A program made the translations under genes and the position numbers. A stretch of DNA of 64,000 nt from an uncultured Gemmatimonadaceae bacterium. GTDB lineage: Bacteria > Gemmatimonadota > Gemmatimonadetes > Gemmatimonadales > Gemmatimonadaceae. The stretch is taken from positions 896,001 to 960,000 of the forward strand of contig CAVXGK010000002.1 in the NCBI GenBank assembly GCA_963761305.1, in the 5' to 3' direction. The notes under the pieces were generated by a model that saw only the letters and a program-made list of their open reading frames with translations, made no database searches and was not told the DNA's origin. Below are positions 54,068 through 64,000 of this stretch, piece after piece; position 1 is the stretch's first letter, and each line of letters opens with the position of its first letter.

Positions 54068-56809
54068 CTAGGCTGACGGCGCGGCTTCGAGCGTCCGCGC
54101 GACCTGTTCCTTGCGGTAACACTCGATGACGTCGCCGACCTTGATGTCGTTGAAGTTCTCGACGCCGATGCCGCACTCGAAGCCTTCACGCACTTCGCGC
54201 ACGTCGTCCTTGAAGCGGCGCAGCGATGCGAGGATACCGTCGAAAACCTCCACACCGTCGCGCACGACGCGCACGCGGCCCTGGCGGTTGATGACGCCAC
54301 TCCGCACCGAGCAGCCGGCGATCGTGCCGATGCGAGAGATCTTGAAGACCTCGCGGACCGCCGCCTCGCCGAGAATGACCTCGCGCTCTTCGGGACGGAG
54401 CATGCCTTCCATCGCCGAGCGGACGTCGGCCACCGCCTCGTAGATGATGCGGTACAGCTTGATCTCGACGCCTTCGCGCTCGGCCGCCGTGCGCGCGTTG
54501 TTGTCCGGACGCACGTGGAAGCCGATGATGATCGCGCCGGCGGTCTTGGCGAGCAGGATGTCGCTCTCCGTGATCGCGCCCACACCGCGGTGCACGACGT
54601 CGACCTTGACCTCGGGCCCGGAGAGCCCGATCAGTGCGTCGGCGAGCGCTTCCGCCGGACCGCCTTGGTCGGCCTTGATCAGCACGTTGAGCGTGCGAAC
54701 GCCGCCCGTGGCCGCCTGCGCCATGAAATCTTCGAGCGTGACCCCGGCGCGGTTGCCGCGGCGGCTCTTCGCCTCGCGGTCGAGACGCTCGCGACGCTGC
54801 GCGACTTCACGCGCCGACGCCGCGTCCTCGACGACGAGCAACTGATCGCCCGCCATGGGGACGCCCTGGAAGCCGAGGATCTGCACGGGAATCGCGGGGC
54901 TGGCGAGCTTGACCGCCTTGCCGCGTTCGTCGAACAGATTGCGGACGCGGCCCGAGTACATGCCGCAGATGAAGTCGTCGCCGACCCTGAGCGTGCCGTT
55001 CTGCACGAGCACCGTGGCAACGGGGCCCTTCCCCGCATCGAGCGACGCTTCGATGACCGTGCCCGCCGCGCGACGATTCGGATTCGCCTTGAGGTCGAGA
55101 ATTTCCGCCTGCAGGAGAATCTGGTCGAGCAATTCGCCGATGTGCGTGCCCTTCTTGGCCGAGATCTCGGTCGAGAGCACGTTGCCGCCGAACTCCTCGA
55201 GGACGACGCCGTGCTGCAGGAGCTCCTGCTTGACCTTCCCCGGATTCGCCTGCGGCAGATCGATCTTGTTGATGGCGACGATGAGCGGCACGCCGGCGTT
55301 CTTGGCGTGCGAGATCGCCTCGATCGTCTGTGGCATGACCGAGTCGTCCGCGGCGACGACCAGGACGACGATGTCGGTCACCTGCGCGCCGCGGGCGCGC
55401 ATCGCGGTGAACGCCTCGTGGCCCGGCGTGTCGAGGAAGGTGATGTTCTTGCCGTTCGGCAGCGAGACGTGGTACGCGCCGATGTGCTGCGTGATGCCGC
55501 CCGCTTCGCCCGCGACGACGTTCGCCTTGCGGATGTAGTCGAGCAGTGACGTCTTGCCGTGGTCGACGTGGCCCATGATGGTCACGACCGGCGGACGAGA
55601 AACCAATTCCTCCGGCTGGTCCACCTCGGTTTCGACGCCGGGGACCTCGGCTTGATATTCGTCTTCGCGCACGGCCTGGAAGCCGAACTCGCCGGCGATC
55701 AACTCGATCTGGTCGAAGTCGAGTCGCTGGTTGATGGTCACCATGAGCCCCATCTCCTTGAACGCGAACGCGACGATCTGAGTCGCGGGCGCCTTGAGGA
55801 TCTGGGCGAGCTCACTCACGGTGATGAATTCGTTGACGCGAACGGTCTTTCGCTCGCGCTCGGCCTGGGCGGCGCGTGCCGCCTCGAGGTCCTCACGAGT
55901 TCCACGACGCATGTCGCTCGCGTTACGCCGTGAGGGCGCGCCGCGCATCGACGCCATCGTCTTTGCGATGTTCGCATCCACCGCTTCCTGGTCGACGGCG
56001 CCTCGCTTGCCCTTCTTGCGACGTCCGCCGCCACGATCGATGGTGCCGGCGCTCGGCGCCGCGCCGCCTCCTCCGCCACCACCCATGCCACCGCCAGGCC
56101 GCTTGTCGTCACGACGCGGCGGCGCTGCCCCTCCACCCGGTGCGGCGGAGGCGATGGGACGCGGCGGGAATCCTCCGCTGCTCGCGATCGGACGCGGACG
56201 CGGCGCGCCCGGCGTAATCGGTCTCGGACGGGGACGATCCGGCGACGGCGCGGTCGGCGCCGCCGTCGCGCTCGCGCGCGCACCGTCGGCCGCCACCGCG
56301 GGTCGTGTGATCTCCTGTTCGCGCTCTTCGCGCTCCTCGAGCTCGGCTTCGGCGGCTTCCTCTCGCGCGCGACGTTCTTCCTGGATGCGCACCATCTCGG
56401 CTCGCTCCGCTTCGAGGCGCGCCGCCTCGGCGGCCTCGGCCTGGTCGCGCGCATCGGCGGCAGCCTGCGCGGCCGCGGCGGCGGCAGCTTGCTCTTCGGC
56501 GGCAGCCTGCACGTCGGCGGCCTTTCGGCGACGACGGAGCGGCGCCTCGGCCGATGCTGGCGCGACCGCCACTTCGGGCACCGCCGCGGTCGTGCGGCGA
56601 CGCCGCGCCGCGGGCGCCGGAGCGGCCTTCTGCTCGGCGCGTACGCGTTTCTCGCGTTCCCATCGGGCACGGACGCGCGCGACTTGATCGTCCGTGAGCA
56701 GGCTCACGTGGCTGCGAAACGGAATGTCCATCTGACGAAGTAGCGACGCTACTTCGTCAGATGGCATTCCGAATTCATTCGCCAATTCGCCCACTGAGAG
56801 CTTGCTCAA
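54068..56809 (-). CDS. infB: Translation initiation factor IF-2
   Basis: RPPVVTIMGHVDHGKTSLLD, DTPGHEAF, NKID, SLRRFKDDV.EV. Confidence 0.98.
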   Translation of the reverse strand: MSKLSVGELANEFGMPSDEVASLLRQMDIPFRSHVSLLTDDQVARVRARWEREKRVRAEQKAAPAPAARRRRTTAAVPEVAVAPASAEAPLRRRRKAADVQAAAEEQAAAAAAAQAAADARDQAEAAEAARLEAERAEMVRIQEERRAREEAAEAELEEREEREQEITRPAVAADGARASATAAPTAPSPDRPRPRPITPGAPRPRPIASSGGFPPRPIASAAPGGGAAPPRRDDKRPGGGMGGGGGGGAAPSAGTIDRGGGRRKKGKRGAVDQEAVDANIAKTMASMRGAPSRRNASDMRRGTREDLEAARAAQAERERKTVRVNEFITVSELAQILKAPATQIVAFAFKEMGLMVTINQRLDFDQIELIAGEFGFQAVREDEYQAEVPGVETEVDQPEELVSRPPVVTIMGHVDHGKTSLLDYIRKANVVAGEAGGITQHIGAYHVSLPNGKNITFLDTPGHEAFTAMRARGAQVTDIVVLVVAADDSVMPQTIEAISHAKNAGVPLIVAINKIDLPQANPGKVKQELLQHGVVLEEFGGNVLSTEISAKKGTHIGELLDQILLQAEILDLKANPNRRAAGTVIEASLDAGKGPVATVLVQNGTLRVGDDFICGMYSGRVRNLFDERGKAVKLASPAIPVQILGFQGVPMAGDQLLVVEDAASAREVAQRRERLDREAKSRRGNRAGVTLEDFMAQAATGGVRTLNVLIKADQGGPAEALADALIGLSGPEVKVDVVHRGVGAITESDILLAKTAGAIIIGFHVRPDNNARTAAEREGVEIKLYRIIYEAVADVRSAMEGMLRPEEREVILGEAAVREVFKISRIGTIAGCSVRSGVINRQGRVRVVRDGVEVFDGILASLRRFKDDVREVREGFECGIGVENFNDIKVGDVIECYRKEQVARTLEAAPSA

Positions 56810-57156
56810 ACATCCTCCTGACCGGTTCGAGGACGGCTCGTAGAATCGAGCGCTCGAACCCCGGCAGCCAACTGCCGATCAATGATGCCAACGACGGCCG
56901 TTTGGTCGCGGCCGACGGCGGCGCCAAGCGCCGCAGCGGAAGGTACTTCCATAAAGTTAACTCGCCGAGCTTGCAGCAGCGGCACGATCTTATCTCGACT
57001 GTTGACTGAGGCGTCGGTTGCTACCACCGCGAACTGCAACGTGTTTCGCCTCGCTGCTTCACGTACTTGTTTCACTCCAACCACCGCACCGCGACTTCGC
57101 ACGCCGAGGCCCAACAGGCGAAAGACCCGCGAGGTGATCTCGGCGTCGGTTGTCAC
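56806..57156 (-). CDS. Ribosomal protein L7Ae/YlxQ-like RNA-binding protein
   Basis: LLGL..R....V.G...V, A.DAS.NS, LGAAVGR; between nusA and infB. Confidence 0.85.
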   Translation of the reverse strand: MTTDAEITSRVFRLLGLGVRSRGAVVGVKQVREAARRNTLQFAVVATDASVNSRDKIVPLLQARRVNFMEVPSAAALGAAVGRDQTAVVGIIDRQLAAGVRALDSTSRPRTGQEDV

Positions 57157-58517
57157 GCCGCTGAGTTCCCCCCAGCCCCGCCCTCTCCTCCCGCTCCGCC
57201 CGCTTCTTCGCGCTCGGCGCTGGCGTCCTCCGTCGTGAGCTCATCGATCATCGCCATGATGCGATCGGCTTCCTCAGGCGCAATGCCGGGGAGCTTCAAG
57301 AAGTCCTCTCTTTCGAGGTCGATGATGTCGTTCAACGTTCGATAGCCGGCCTCGGCGAGTACGGCGACGGTCGCCGGCGGCATGCCGCCGATGTCCGTCA
57401 AGCGAACGTCGGCCATCTCTTCGGTTTCGGCGGGGAGCGGCGCGAAGATCTGGCCTTCACCGCCGCGCTCCATCCACTCCCGGCTGGAGTAGAGGTCGAT
57501 CTTCCAGCCAGTGAGCTCCGAGGCCAACCGAACGTTCTGGCCGTTCCGCCCGATGGCGAGCGAGAGCTGGTCCTCGTCGACGACCGCCTGGATGGTCTTG
57601 GTGCTCGGATCGCTGAACACGCGCGCGACCTTGGCCGGCGCGAGCGCCAGCTTGGCGAAGCGCTCCGGATCGGGCGACCAGGGCACGATGTCGATGCGTT
57701 CGCCGTTCAACTCGTTGACGACCGCCTGGACGCGCGAGCCCTTGAGGCCGACGCACGCACCGACGGGATCGATCGAGTCGTCGCGCGAGAAGACGGCGAT
57801 TTTTGTCCTGCTGCCGACTTCGCGGGCGGCGGCGCGGATCTCGACGATGTTCTGCTGGATCTCGGGGACTTCGAGCTTGAAGAGCGCCTTGACGAAGAGC
57901 GGGTCGCCGCGGCTCAGCACGAGGCGCGGCCCTTTGGGCGTTTCCTCGACGCGCTTCAACACGGCGCGAATCGGCTCGCCCTGGTGAAAGTGTTCGCGAT
58001 GATTCTGTTCGCGATACGGAATGATCGCTTCCGCCTCACGGAACTTGTTGAGCATGACGACCAGCTTCCCGCGCTCGATCTGCTGGATTTCGCCGGAGAG
58101 CAGGTCGCCGACGCGCGTCGCGAACTCGTCGCGGATGCGGGTGCGCTCGCCTTCGCGGACCCGCTGGATGATGCGCTGCTTCGCGGCCTGGACGGCGGCG
58201 CGGCCGAAGACGGCGAAGTCGATGGGTTCCTCCATGACGTCGCCGGGCTCGAAGCTCTCGTCGAACGCCTTGGCGTCCTCGAGAGAGATCTGGTTGCTCG
58301 AATCCTCGACGGTTGCCACGACCGTCTTGAGGAGCACGATCCTGATGTCGCCCTTGCCGTCGTCGATCTCGACTTCGGCCTGGACATTGGGACCGTACTT
58401 CTTGGCGAGGGCGGCGAGGATTCCGTCCTGGAGCAACGCGTACAATTCCGCGCGGTCGAGCTGCTTGCTGTTCGAGACCTCGCGGAACGCGGACAAGATT
58501 TCTGTCGAGCTGACCAT
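57153..58517 (-). CDS. nusA: Transcription termination factor NusA
   Basis: FGRAAVQAAKQ, S1 and KH domains, DPVGACVG.KGSRV, AIGRNGQNVRLA. Confidence 0.97.
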   Translation of the reverse strand: MVSSTEILSAFREVSNSKQLDRAELYALLQDGILAALAKKYGPNVQAEVEIDDGKGDIRIVLLKTVVATVEDSSNQISLEDAKAFDESFEPGDVMEEPIDFAVFGRAAVQAAKQRIIQRVREGERTRIRDEFATRVGDLLSGEIQQIERGKLVVMLNKFREAEAIIPYREQNHREHFHQGEPIRAVLKRVEETPKGPRLVLSRGDPLFVKALFKLEVPEIQQNIVEIRAAAREVGSRTKIAVFSRDDSIDPVGACVGLKGSRVQAVVNELNGERIDIVPWSPDPERFAKLALAPAKVARVFSDPSTKTIQAVVDEDQLSLAIGRNGQNVRLASELTGWKIDLYSSREWMERGGEGQIFAPLPAETEEMADVRLTDIGGMPPATVAVLAEAGYRTLNDIIDLEREDFLKLPGIAPEEADRIMAMIDELTTEDASAEREEAGGAGGEGGAGGNSAA

Positions 58518-58536
58518 CCAGGACTCCCTCGTCGAT

Positions 58537-58995
58537 TTACATGTGGAACGCCAACCGCGCCTCCTTGATTGCCGACAGCGGAATTCGGCGCATTTTTCCG
58601 CCTTCGAGCTCGAGCACCGCGACTTCGTCCGACCCTGCGTCGCCCTCGATCGCGACGATCCGCCCTTCGACACGACCACCGTGCTCCGGACTCAGCACGT
58701 TGGCCCACTCGCCGACGAACCGCCGCCAGTCGGCGCTCGAACGAAGCGGGCGCTCACCCGGCGACGACACTTGCAGCACGTACTGCGGCGCGACGATCGT
58801 GCTGTTGTCGAGGCGCGCTTCGAGCGCGCGCGACGCCACCGCACAATCGTCGACCGTCACCGCCGACCCGTCGCGCCGATCGATGCGAACCTCGATCAGC
58901 GGCCGGTTCCGCGTCCCGCCCCTGCGGAGTTCGACGAGGTCGTACCCGACCGCATCAAGCTCCTGTCTCGCAACGTCTTCCAGCGCGTCCTTCAC
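58537..58995 (-). CDS. rimP: Ribosome maturation factor RimP
   Basis: VRIDR, VTVDDCAVASR, YVLQVSSPG.RPL, IKEARL; first gene of the nusA-infB operon. Confidence 0.92.
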   Translation of the reverse strand: MKDALEDVARQELDAVGYDLVELRRGGTRNRPLIEVRIDRRDGSAVTVDDCAVASRALEARLDNSTIVAPQYVLQVSSPGERPLRSSADWRRFVGEWANVLSPEHGGRVEGRIVAIEGDAGSDEVAVLELEGGKMRRIPLSAIKEARLAFHM

Positions 58996-59021
58996 ATCGT
59001 GTCGAGGAAGTCGTGAAGAAC

Positions 59022-59052
59022 AAAAAAATGTGGGGAGCCTCCCCCACATTTT
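59022..59052 (-). promoter_or_regulatory. rimP leader hairpin (terminator-like)
   Basis: Minus strand reads AAAATGTGGGG-GAGGCT-CCCCACATTTTTTT, about 27 nt before the rimP start. Confidence 0.7.
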
Positions 59053-59176
59053 CACTCGCGGCCACCGAGACCGCGCAGCACGAAGAATGTAACGCCCGGA
59101 ACGGAACGCGGGAAGGGGGCGGTCACCCGCCATCACCTTCCCGCGTCACTCCGTAAAACTAACTACGAGCGCGCCG

Positions 59177-59884
59177 TTACGGCGCGCCCGTCACTGCAAA
59201 CGTCTGAATAGCGCCCGACGGCCCCGTGGCGACCACCGTCGCCGTCCCGGGCGTGGGGTTCGTCGCCAGCACTACCGAAGCCGTGCCGGTGGCGTCGGTC
59301 ACGGTCGAGGTGGCGCTCAACGCACCGCCGCCGCTCGTGATGGCCCACGTTACCGTGGCACCAGCAACCCCGCTGCCGTTCGCATTCGTCACTTGAACGA
59401 CCAGCGGCTGCGAATTCGTGCCCGCCGTGACCGTCTGATTGTCGCCGCTGACCTTCAGCAACGACGTCACCGACGCAATCACGTTCGCCGTGATCGTCAC
59501 CGACGCGCCGATCGGAATCGACGCGACCAGCGAATCCGTGCCCACCGCCAAACCGACCGTCCAGTTCGTGGTCGCGTCACCCGTGGCGTTCGTGATGCTC
59601 GTGGCCTGGCTGACCGAGCCACCGGCCCCCACGACGGCCCACGACACGACTGCACCCGCGAGCGGGTTGTTGTTCTGATCCGTCACGTGCACGCTGACTG
59701 GATTCGGCAGCAACGAGCCTGCCACTGCTGTCTGCCCGCTGCTCCCGGCGTTCGCCGTAATGAATGTTGCCACGAGCACGGCGAGGTTATTGTCGCTGTC
59801 GCTGCAACCGACCGCGACCATGGCCCCGAACGCCGTAAGCATCGCCAGCGATGCACGCGTGACTTTCACCGTCTCCTTCACCAT
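59177..59884 (-). CDS. Lipoprotein with two bacterial Ig-like (Big_1-type) repeats
   Basis: Lipobox VAVGC and two repeats of Q...AG...P..V.VT..N...AGA.V.W....GG......T.ATG.A; GGGAGG RBS upstream. Confidence 0.8.
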   Translation of the reverse strand: MVKETVKVTRASLAMLTAFGAMVAVGCSDSDNNLAVLVATFITANAGSSGQTAVAGSLLPNPVSVHVTDQNNNPLAGAVVSWAVVGAGGSVSQATSITNATGDATTNWTVGLAVGTDSLVASIPIGASVTITANVIASVTSLLKVSGDNQTVTAGTNSQPLVVQVTNANGSGVAGATVTWAITSGGGALSATSTVTDATGTASVVLATNPTPGTATVVATGPSGAIQTFAVTGAP

Positions 59885-60077
59885 GACCCTACCTCCCATC
59901 CCGCTGCGTTGACTGTTTGCGTTCTCGCAGGCCTAGGACTTCAGCTTCTTCGCCGATGCCGCTCCTGCGACGACACGGGAACCGGGCGTTGACGACCCGT
60001 GGTCCCGTCCGTTCTTTTCAGGAAGAGAACGAACCGAGTTGGTCCTTCCCTCGCTCTCCTCCAGAAAATCCACCACG

Positions 60078-60863
60078 ATGTGGTCAAGAACTGCGCCGAC
60101 GACGGCGGGTTTCGTCTTGTTCGCGGTGTCCACCGCGTTCGCGCAGCGAGACACGCTCCCAACCGCACCACGCGATCGACTCTCGATCGTTGCCGGGTTC
60201 GCCGACAGCCAGCACCGCGACGCGTCGGTCTCGCCGCTCACGTTCAACGGAACCGGCTATAACACTTCCGGTAGCTACGAACACTTCAGCGCACACAGCA
60301 CGTTCAGCGTCGACGCGACGTGGGACGCGCAACACTTTCGCCCGCAAGACGCTGCGATCGACGCCAACGAGCGCGTCCTGCAAGGCAGCGTCCGCGTATC
60401 GTCGATGCGAAGCATCGGCGATACGCGTGCCTGGACGTTTTCCGCGGGCGTGTCGGGCGCGGTCTGGGGCATCGACACCCAGCATCAGTACGCCGATCCA
60501 GACGGCAGTCGCGCCGGCTTCTTCGCCGCGTTCGCGACGATCGGTCCGGCAGTCGTCGTGCGCCGCGCCATCGCCGGCGGCGCCGCTCAGTTCGCGATCG
60601 ACGCGCCGCTATTCGGGTTCTCTGATCGCAGCTATTCCGTCGCCGCGGACCAGTCCGTGTTCGACCTGCGGCGCATCGGCCCGCGCGAGATCGGCGCGAT
60701 GAACGGCGCTCTGGCGTACACGCCGCCGCCGCTGCACGATCTCGGGCTGGTCTTCGCGTATCATTTCTCGTTCTTGAATTACCGCGACGCCCAGCCGCTC
60801 CGCACCGTCTCGCAGAGTTTCTCGTTCGGACTCTCGCGCTACTTCGGTCGCGGCGCCCCATGA
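60078..60863 (+). CDS. Hypothetical exported protein, probable beta-barrel
   Basis: Signal peptide (AVSTAFAQ), D...SPL.F.G, alternating strands, C-terminal FSFGLSRYF; ATGA overlap with the S41 gene. Confidence 0.65.
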   Translation: MWSRTAPTTAGFVLFAVSTAFAQRDTLPTAPRDRLSIVAGFADSQHRDASVSPLTFNGTGYNTSGSYEHFSAHSTFSVDATWDAQHFRPQDAAIDANERVLQGSVRVSSMRSIGDTRAWTFSAGVSGAVWGIDTQHQYADPDGSRAGFFAAFATIGPAVVVRRAIAGGAAQFAIDAPLFGFSDRSYSVAADQSVFDLRRIGPREIGAMNGALAYTPPPLHDLGLVFAYHFSFLNYRDAQPLRTVSQSFSFGLSRYFGRGAP

Positions 60864-61876
60864 AGCGCCGTCGCCTCGCCGTGTTGGCCGTCGCCATCTT
60901 CGCGGTGGCGTGCTCGGAGTCCCTCGTCGGACCGCCGGCCGCCACGGATTACGGCTCGATGTTCGACGACCTGTGGAACCAGTTCGATCTGCACTACTCC
61001 TACTTCGCGCTCGCCAACGTGAATTGGGACTCGCTCGGCAAGCACTATCGCCCGCTCGCGGTCTCGGCGCCCGACGACAGCCGGTTCGCACGGGTGCTGG
61101 CGACGATGCTGGCCCAGTTGAAGGACATGCACGTGTCGCTCACGCCGGGAAGCGCGGCCAGCACCATGCGCTACGTGTCGCGATGGGATACGGCCGCCAC
61201 GTATTTCGATCAGGCCGTGACGATGGTCCGATACCTCCCCGCCATCAACGCGACGGCGGATGGAGAGGTGCAATTCGGATTCGTCTCCGACTCGGTGGGC
61301 TACGCGCGGATCGCGTCGTTCGACGGCGGCGGGGCGGGCGACATGGACGAAGTGATTCGTGGCCTGCCCGGAGCGCGCGCGCTCATCATCGACGTGCGCG
61401 ACAACCTTGGCGGCAACTACGTCCTCGCCGCCGACATGGCGCACCGCTTCGCCGACCGGCATCGCGTGTACGGCTACGTGCGACGCCGCAACGGACCGCG
61501 GCACGACGACTTCACCGACTACATCGAAGAGACGATCGAGCCGAGCGGCGTCCACTTCGGCGGCCGGGTAATCGTGCTGGCGAACCGGCATTCGTTCAGC
61601 AGCGCCGAGGATTTCGTGCTGGCGATGCGGGCGATCCCCGGCGTCTCCATCGTCGGCGACACGACCGGCGGCGCCTCCGGAGGACCGATCGTTCGCGAGC
61701 TGTCCAACGGCTGGACGTACGAGCTCTCGGAGTGGATCGAGTACACGCCCGACCGGGCCAGCTTCGAGTCGATCGGTCTCGCGCCGACGGTCGTCGTCAA
61801 GAGTACGGCCGCCGACGAGGCGCGCGCCGTCGATCCGGTGCTCGATCGCGCGCTCCAGCTGGCGAAACAACCGTGA
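60860..61876 (+). CDS. S41 family peptidase lipoprotein
   Basis: Lipobox FAVAC, FDDLW...HYSYF, L.D.HV, IIDVRDNLGGN, SFSSAEDF (catalytic Ser), GDTTGGA. Confidence 0.88.
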   Translation: MKRRRLAVLAVAIFAVACSESLVGPPAATDYGSMFDDLWNQFDLHYSYFALANVNWDSLGKHYRPLAVSAPDDSRFARVLATMLAQLKDMHVSLTPGSAASTMRYVSRWDTAATYFDQAVTMVRYLPAINATADGEVQFGFVSDSVGYARIASFDGGGAGDMDEVIRGLPGARALIIDVRDNLGGNYVLAADMAHRFADRHRVYGYVRRRNGPRHDDFTDYIEETIEPSGVHFGGRVIVLANRHSFSSAEDFVLAMRAIPGVSIVGDTTGGASGGPIVRELSNGWTYELSEWIEYTPDRASFESIGLAPTVVVKSTAADEARAVDPVLDRALQLAKQP

Positions 61877-61907
61877 TCGGCCGACTCGCGCGAGGTTCGC
61901 GCGCGAG

Positions 61908-62615
61908 TCAGCCGAGCGACGCGATCATCACGCCGAGTTGCCGTCCGCCGTCGCCGGCGCGATGCGAGAAGAAGCGATCGTTGTTGTGGCGGGTGCACCA
62001 CGGGCTGATCGTGACGTCGCGCACGCCGGCGCGTTGCGCATGCTCGGCGATCAGGGCGCGCAGATCCACCCGCGTCGGCCGCCCGGGGTTGGTGCCGGTG
62101 AGCTCGGCGTACACGTCGCCCCTGACTTCATAACAGTCGCCGCAGATCGCCGGCCCCAGATGCATCCTGAGGTCGGCCGCCGGAACGCCGCGCTTGGCCA
62201 GCGTGTCGATCCCGCGCTCGACGATCCGCGCCGCCGTGCCGCGCCAACCGGAGTGCAGCAGCGCGAGCGCGCCCGACTCGTGCGCGATGAAGACCGGAAC
62301 GCAGTCGGCGACGGTGACGGCGAGCGCGGTTCCCCGCTCCATCGCGACGTGTCCGTCGGCGTTGTCGGCGCGAAGCCACCCCTCCCAACACGTGGCGTGC
62401 ACGAGCACCGTCGAACCGTGCACCTGGCTGGCGGTGGCGAGACGCGGCCCGGCGCGTCGCAGCTCATCTCGCAGGGCCGACCAGCGCTCGGTCACGACCT
62501 TGGCCGGATCGTCGCTCGACATGCCGAAGCTGCCGACGTCGCGGGTCGTGGTGAAGGCGAGCACGCCGAGGTCGGCGAACCCCGGCGCGATCTCCGATTG
62601 ACCCACGACGTTCAT
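61908..62615 (-). CDS. pgeF: YfiH/PgeF polyphenol-oxidase-like (purine nucleoside phosphorylase) family
   Basis: QVHG, VADCVP, HSGWRG, GPAICG.CYEV, FFSHR. Confidence 0.9.
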   Translation of the reverse strand: MNVVGQSEIAPGFADLGVLAFTTTRDVGSFGMSSDDPAKVVTERWSALRDELRRAGPRLATASQVHGSTVLVHATCWEGWLRADNADGHVAMERGTALAVTVADCVPVFIAHESGALALLHSGWRGTAARIVERGIDTLAKRGVPAADLRMHLGPAICGDCYEVRGDVYAELTGTNPGRPTRVDLRALIAEHAQRAGVRDVTISPWCTRHNNDRFFSHRAGDGGRQLGVMIASLG

Positions 62616-63910
62616 GAATGCCGTCGTTCGTCCACGCGCTCGATCCGCGCGCCAAGCCCGCGCAGCCGCTCGTCGATGCGCTCGTAGCCGCGCTCGATCT
62701 GCCCGACGTTGTTGATCGTGCTCTCGCCGTCGGCGCAGAGCGCGGCGAGCACCATCGCCATGCCGGCGCGAATGTCCGGCGATTCAACGACGCTGCCGCG
62801 CAACCGCGACGGGCCCGCCACGAGCGCGCGATGCGGATCGCAAAGCACGATGCGTGCGCCCATCCCCACGAGCTTGTCGACGAAGAAGAGGCGCGACTCG
62901 AACATCTTTTCATGTATGAGCACGAGGCCCGTGCACTGCGTGGCGGTCACGAGCGCGATCGACATGGTGTCCGCCGGAAACGCCGGCCACGGCTGGTCCT
63001 CGAGCTTGGGCACGTGTCCCCCGAGGTCGCTCTGGATCACGCGCTCCTGGTCGGCGGGAATGACGAGATCGTCGCCCTCGATCGTGCACGAGATGCCGAG
63101 CCGGGCGAAGCCCATCAACGTCGAACGCAGATGCTCGACGCCGGCGTCCTGGATGCGCAGCGTCGACCGGGTCACGGCCGCAAGCCCGATGAACGACCCG
63201 ACCTCGATGTGGTCGGGTCCGATGCGGTATGTGCCACCGTGAAGCGGCTTTCCACCCTGAATCGTCAGCAGGTTGGTGCCGATTCCCTGGATGTCCGCGC
63301 CGAGCGTCACGAGGAACCGGCAGAGGTCCTGCACGTGCGGCTCGCACGCGGCGTTGCGAAGGAGGGTCGTCCCCGTCGCCGCCACGGCGGCCATGATCGC
63401 GTTCTCGGTGCCCGTGACACTCGGCTCGTCGAGAAACACGTCGGCGCCGCGCAATCCGGGCGTGGTGAGGCGGAAGCTGTCATTGAGCTCGAACGACGCG
63501 CCCAGACGCTCGAGGGCGAGAAAGTGCGTGTCGACCCGGCGGCGGCCGATGACGTCTCCGCCGGGCGGCGGAAGCTCGATCTGGCCGCATCGCGCGAGCA
63601 GCGGTCCCGCGAGCAGGATCGACGCGCGTATCTTTCGGCAGAGCACGGGGTCGAGGGTCGCCGCCCGGACGGTCTTGGCGTGCACATGCAGCGTGTTGCG
63701 CGCCTCCCAGCCGATGTCGGCGCCGGTCGATGCGACGAGTTCGACGAGGGTCTCGACGTCGCGAATGCGTGGGACGTTTTCGAGCGTGACCCGCTGGTCG
63801 GTGAGCAGAGCGGCGCACACGATCGGGAGCGCGGCGTTCTTGTTGCCGGAGGGGCGGACGGCGCCCGAGAGGGGCGAGCCGCCGTGAACGAGGAACTGCG
63901 TAGCCGTCAT
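62612..63910 (-). CDS. murA: UDP-N-acetylglucosamine 1-carboxyvinyltransferase
   Basis: [46 protein letters not shown]. Confidence 0.96.
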   Translation of the reverse strand: MTATQFLVHGGSPLSGAVRPSGNKNAALPIVCAALLTDQRVTLENVPRIRDVETLVELVASTGADIGWEARNTLHVHAKTVRAATLDPVLCRKIRASILLAGPLLARCGQIELPPPGGDVIGRRRVDTHFLALERLGASFELNDSFRLTTPGLRGADVFLDEPSVTGTENAIMAAVAATGTTLLRNAACEPHVQDLCRFLVTLGADIQGIGTNLLTIQGGKPLHGGTYRIGPDHIEVGSFIGLAAVTRSTLRIQDAGVEHLRSTLMGFARLGISCTIEGDDLVIPADQERVIQSDLGGHVPKLEDQPWPAFPADTMSIALVTATQCTGLVLIHEKMFESRLFFVDKLVGMGARIVLCDPHRALVAGPSRLRGSVVESPDIRAGMAMVLAALCADGESTINNVGQIERGYERIDERLRGLGARIERVDERRHS

Positions 63911-64000
63911 GTGCCGGAATCGCTCGCGTGATGGTGTGGTCGGAGCGAAGAATGACCGGGGGGCCAAGCCAAGGTCAATGCCGCGGGTCGCTTGCACTCG

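Overview
This is a GC-rich bacterial chromosome segment. The 16S sequence and gene order point to Gemmatimonadota (Gemmatimonadaceae-like); this is recognition, not a database search. It is almost entirely conserved core genome on the minus strand. From the window end, the order is: murA-pgeF; a small plus-strand pair (putative beta-barrel plus S41 peptidase) and an Ig-like lipoprotein; rimP-nusA-L7Ae-infB-rbfA-truB-ribF; secD-secF-tatD-ridA-selD-tRNA-Sec; murI/lpxH; thioesterase-lptE-rfaE2-rph-rdgB; tRNA-Pro/Arg/Lys; one 16S-23S-5S operon with no spacer tRNAs; era-Trm112-PorV-like; a GGDEF plus zinc-ribbon pair; prfB (programmed frameshift)-lysS-lolC/E-lolD-mcsA-mcsB-clpC; bamA-skp-lpxD-lpxC/fabZ-lpxA-(gnnA-like)-lpxB-DUF374-lpxK; gdh-rlmH-bshC-murJ-uvrC-thrC-larC; and a partial TPR protein. 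I saw no mobile elements, prophage, CRISPR array or defence island. The most notable leads are: an intact McsA/McsB/ClpC phospho-arginine module coupled to outer-membrane biogenesis genes without ctsR; an uncharacterised GGDEF/zinc-ribbon pair; a possible diamino-glucose lipid A pathway with DUF374; a 36-aa insertion in LolD; two dispersed paralogous membrane proteins; and a tRNA-Sec with an acceptor-stem mismatch beside a Cys-type SelD. Many start codons were re-called by hand from the ORF track.
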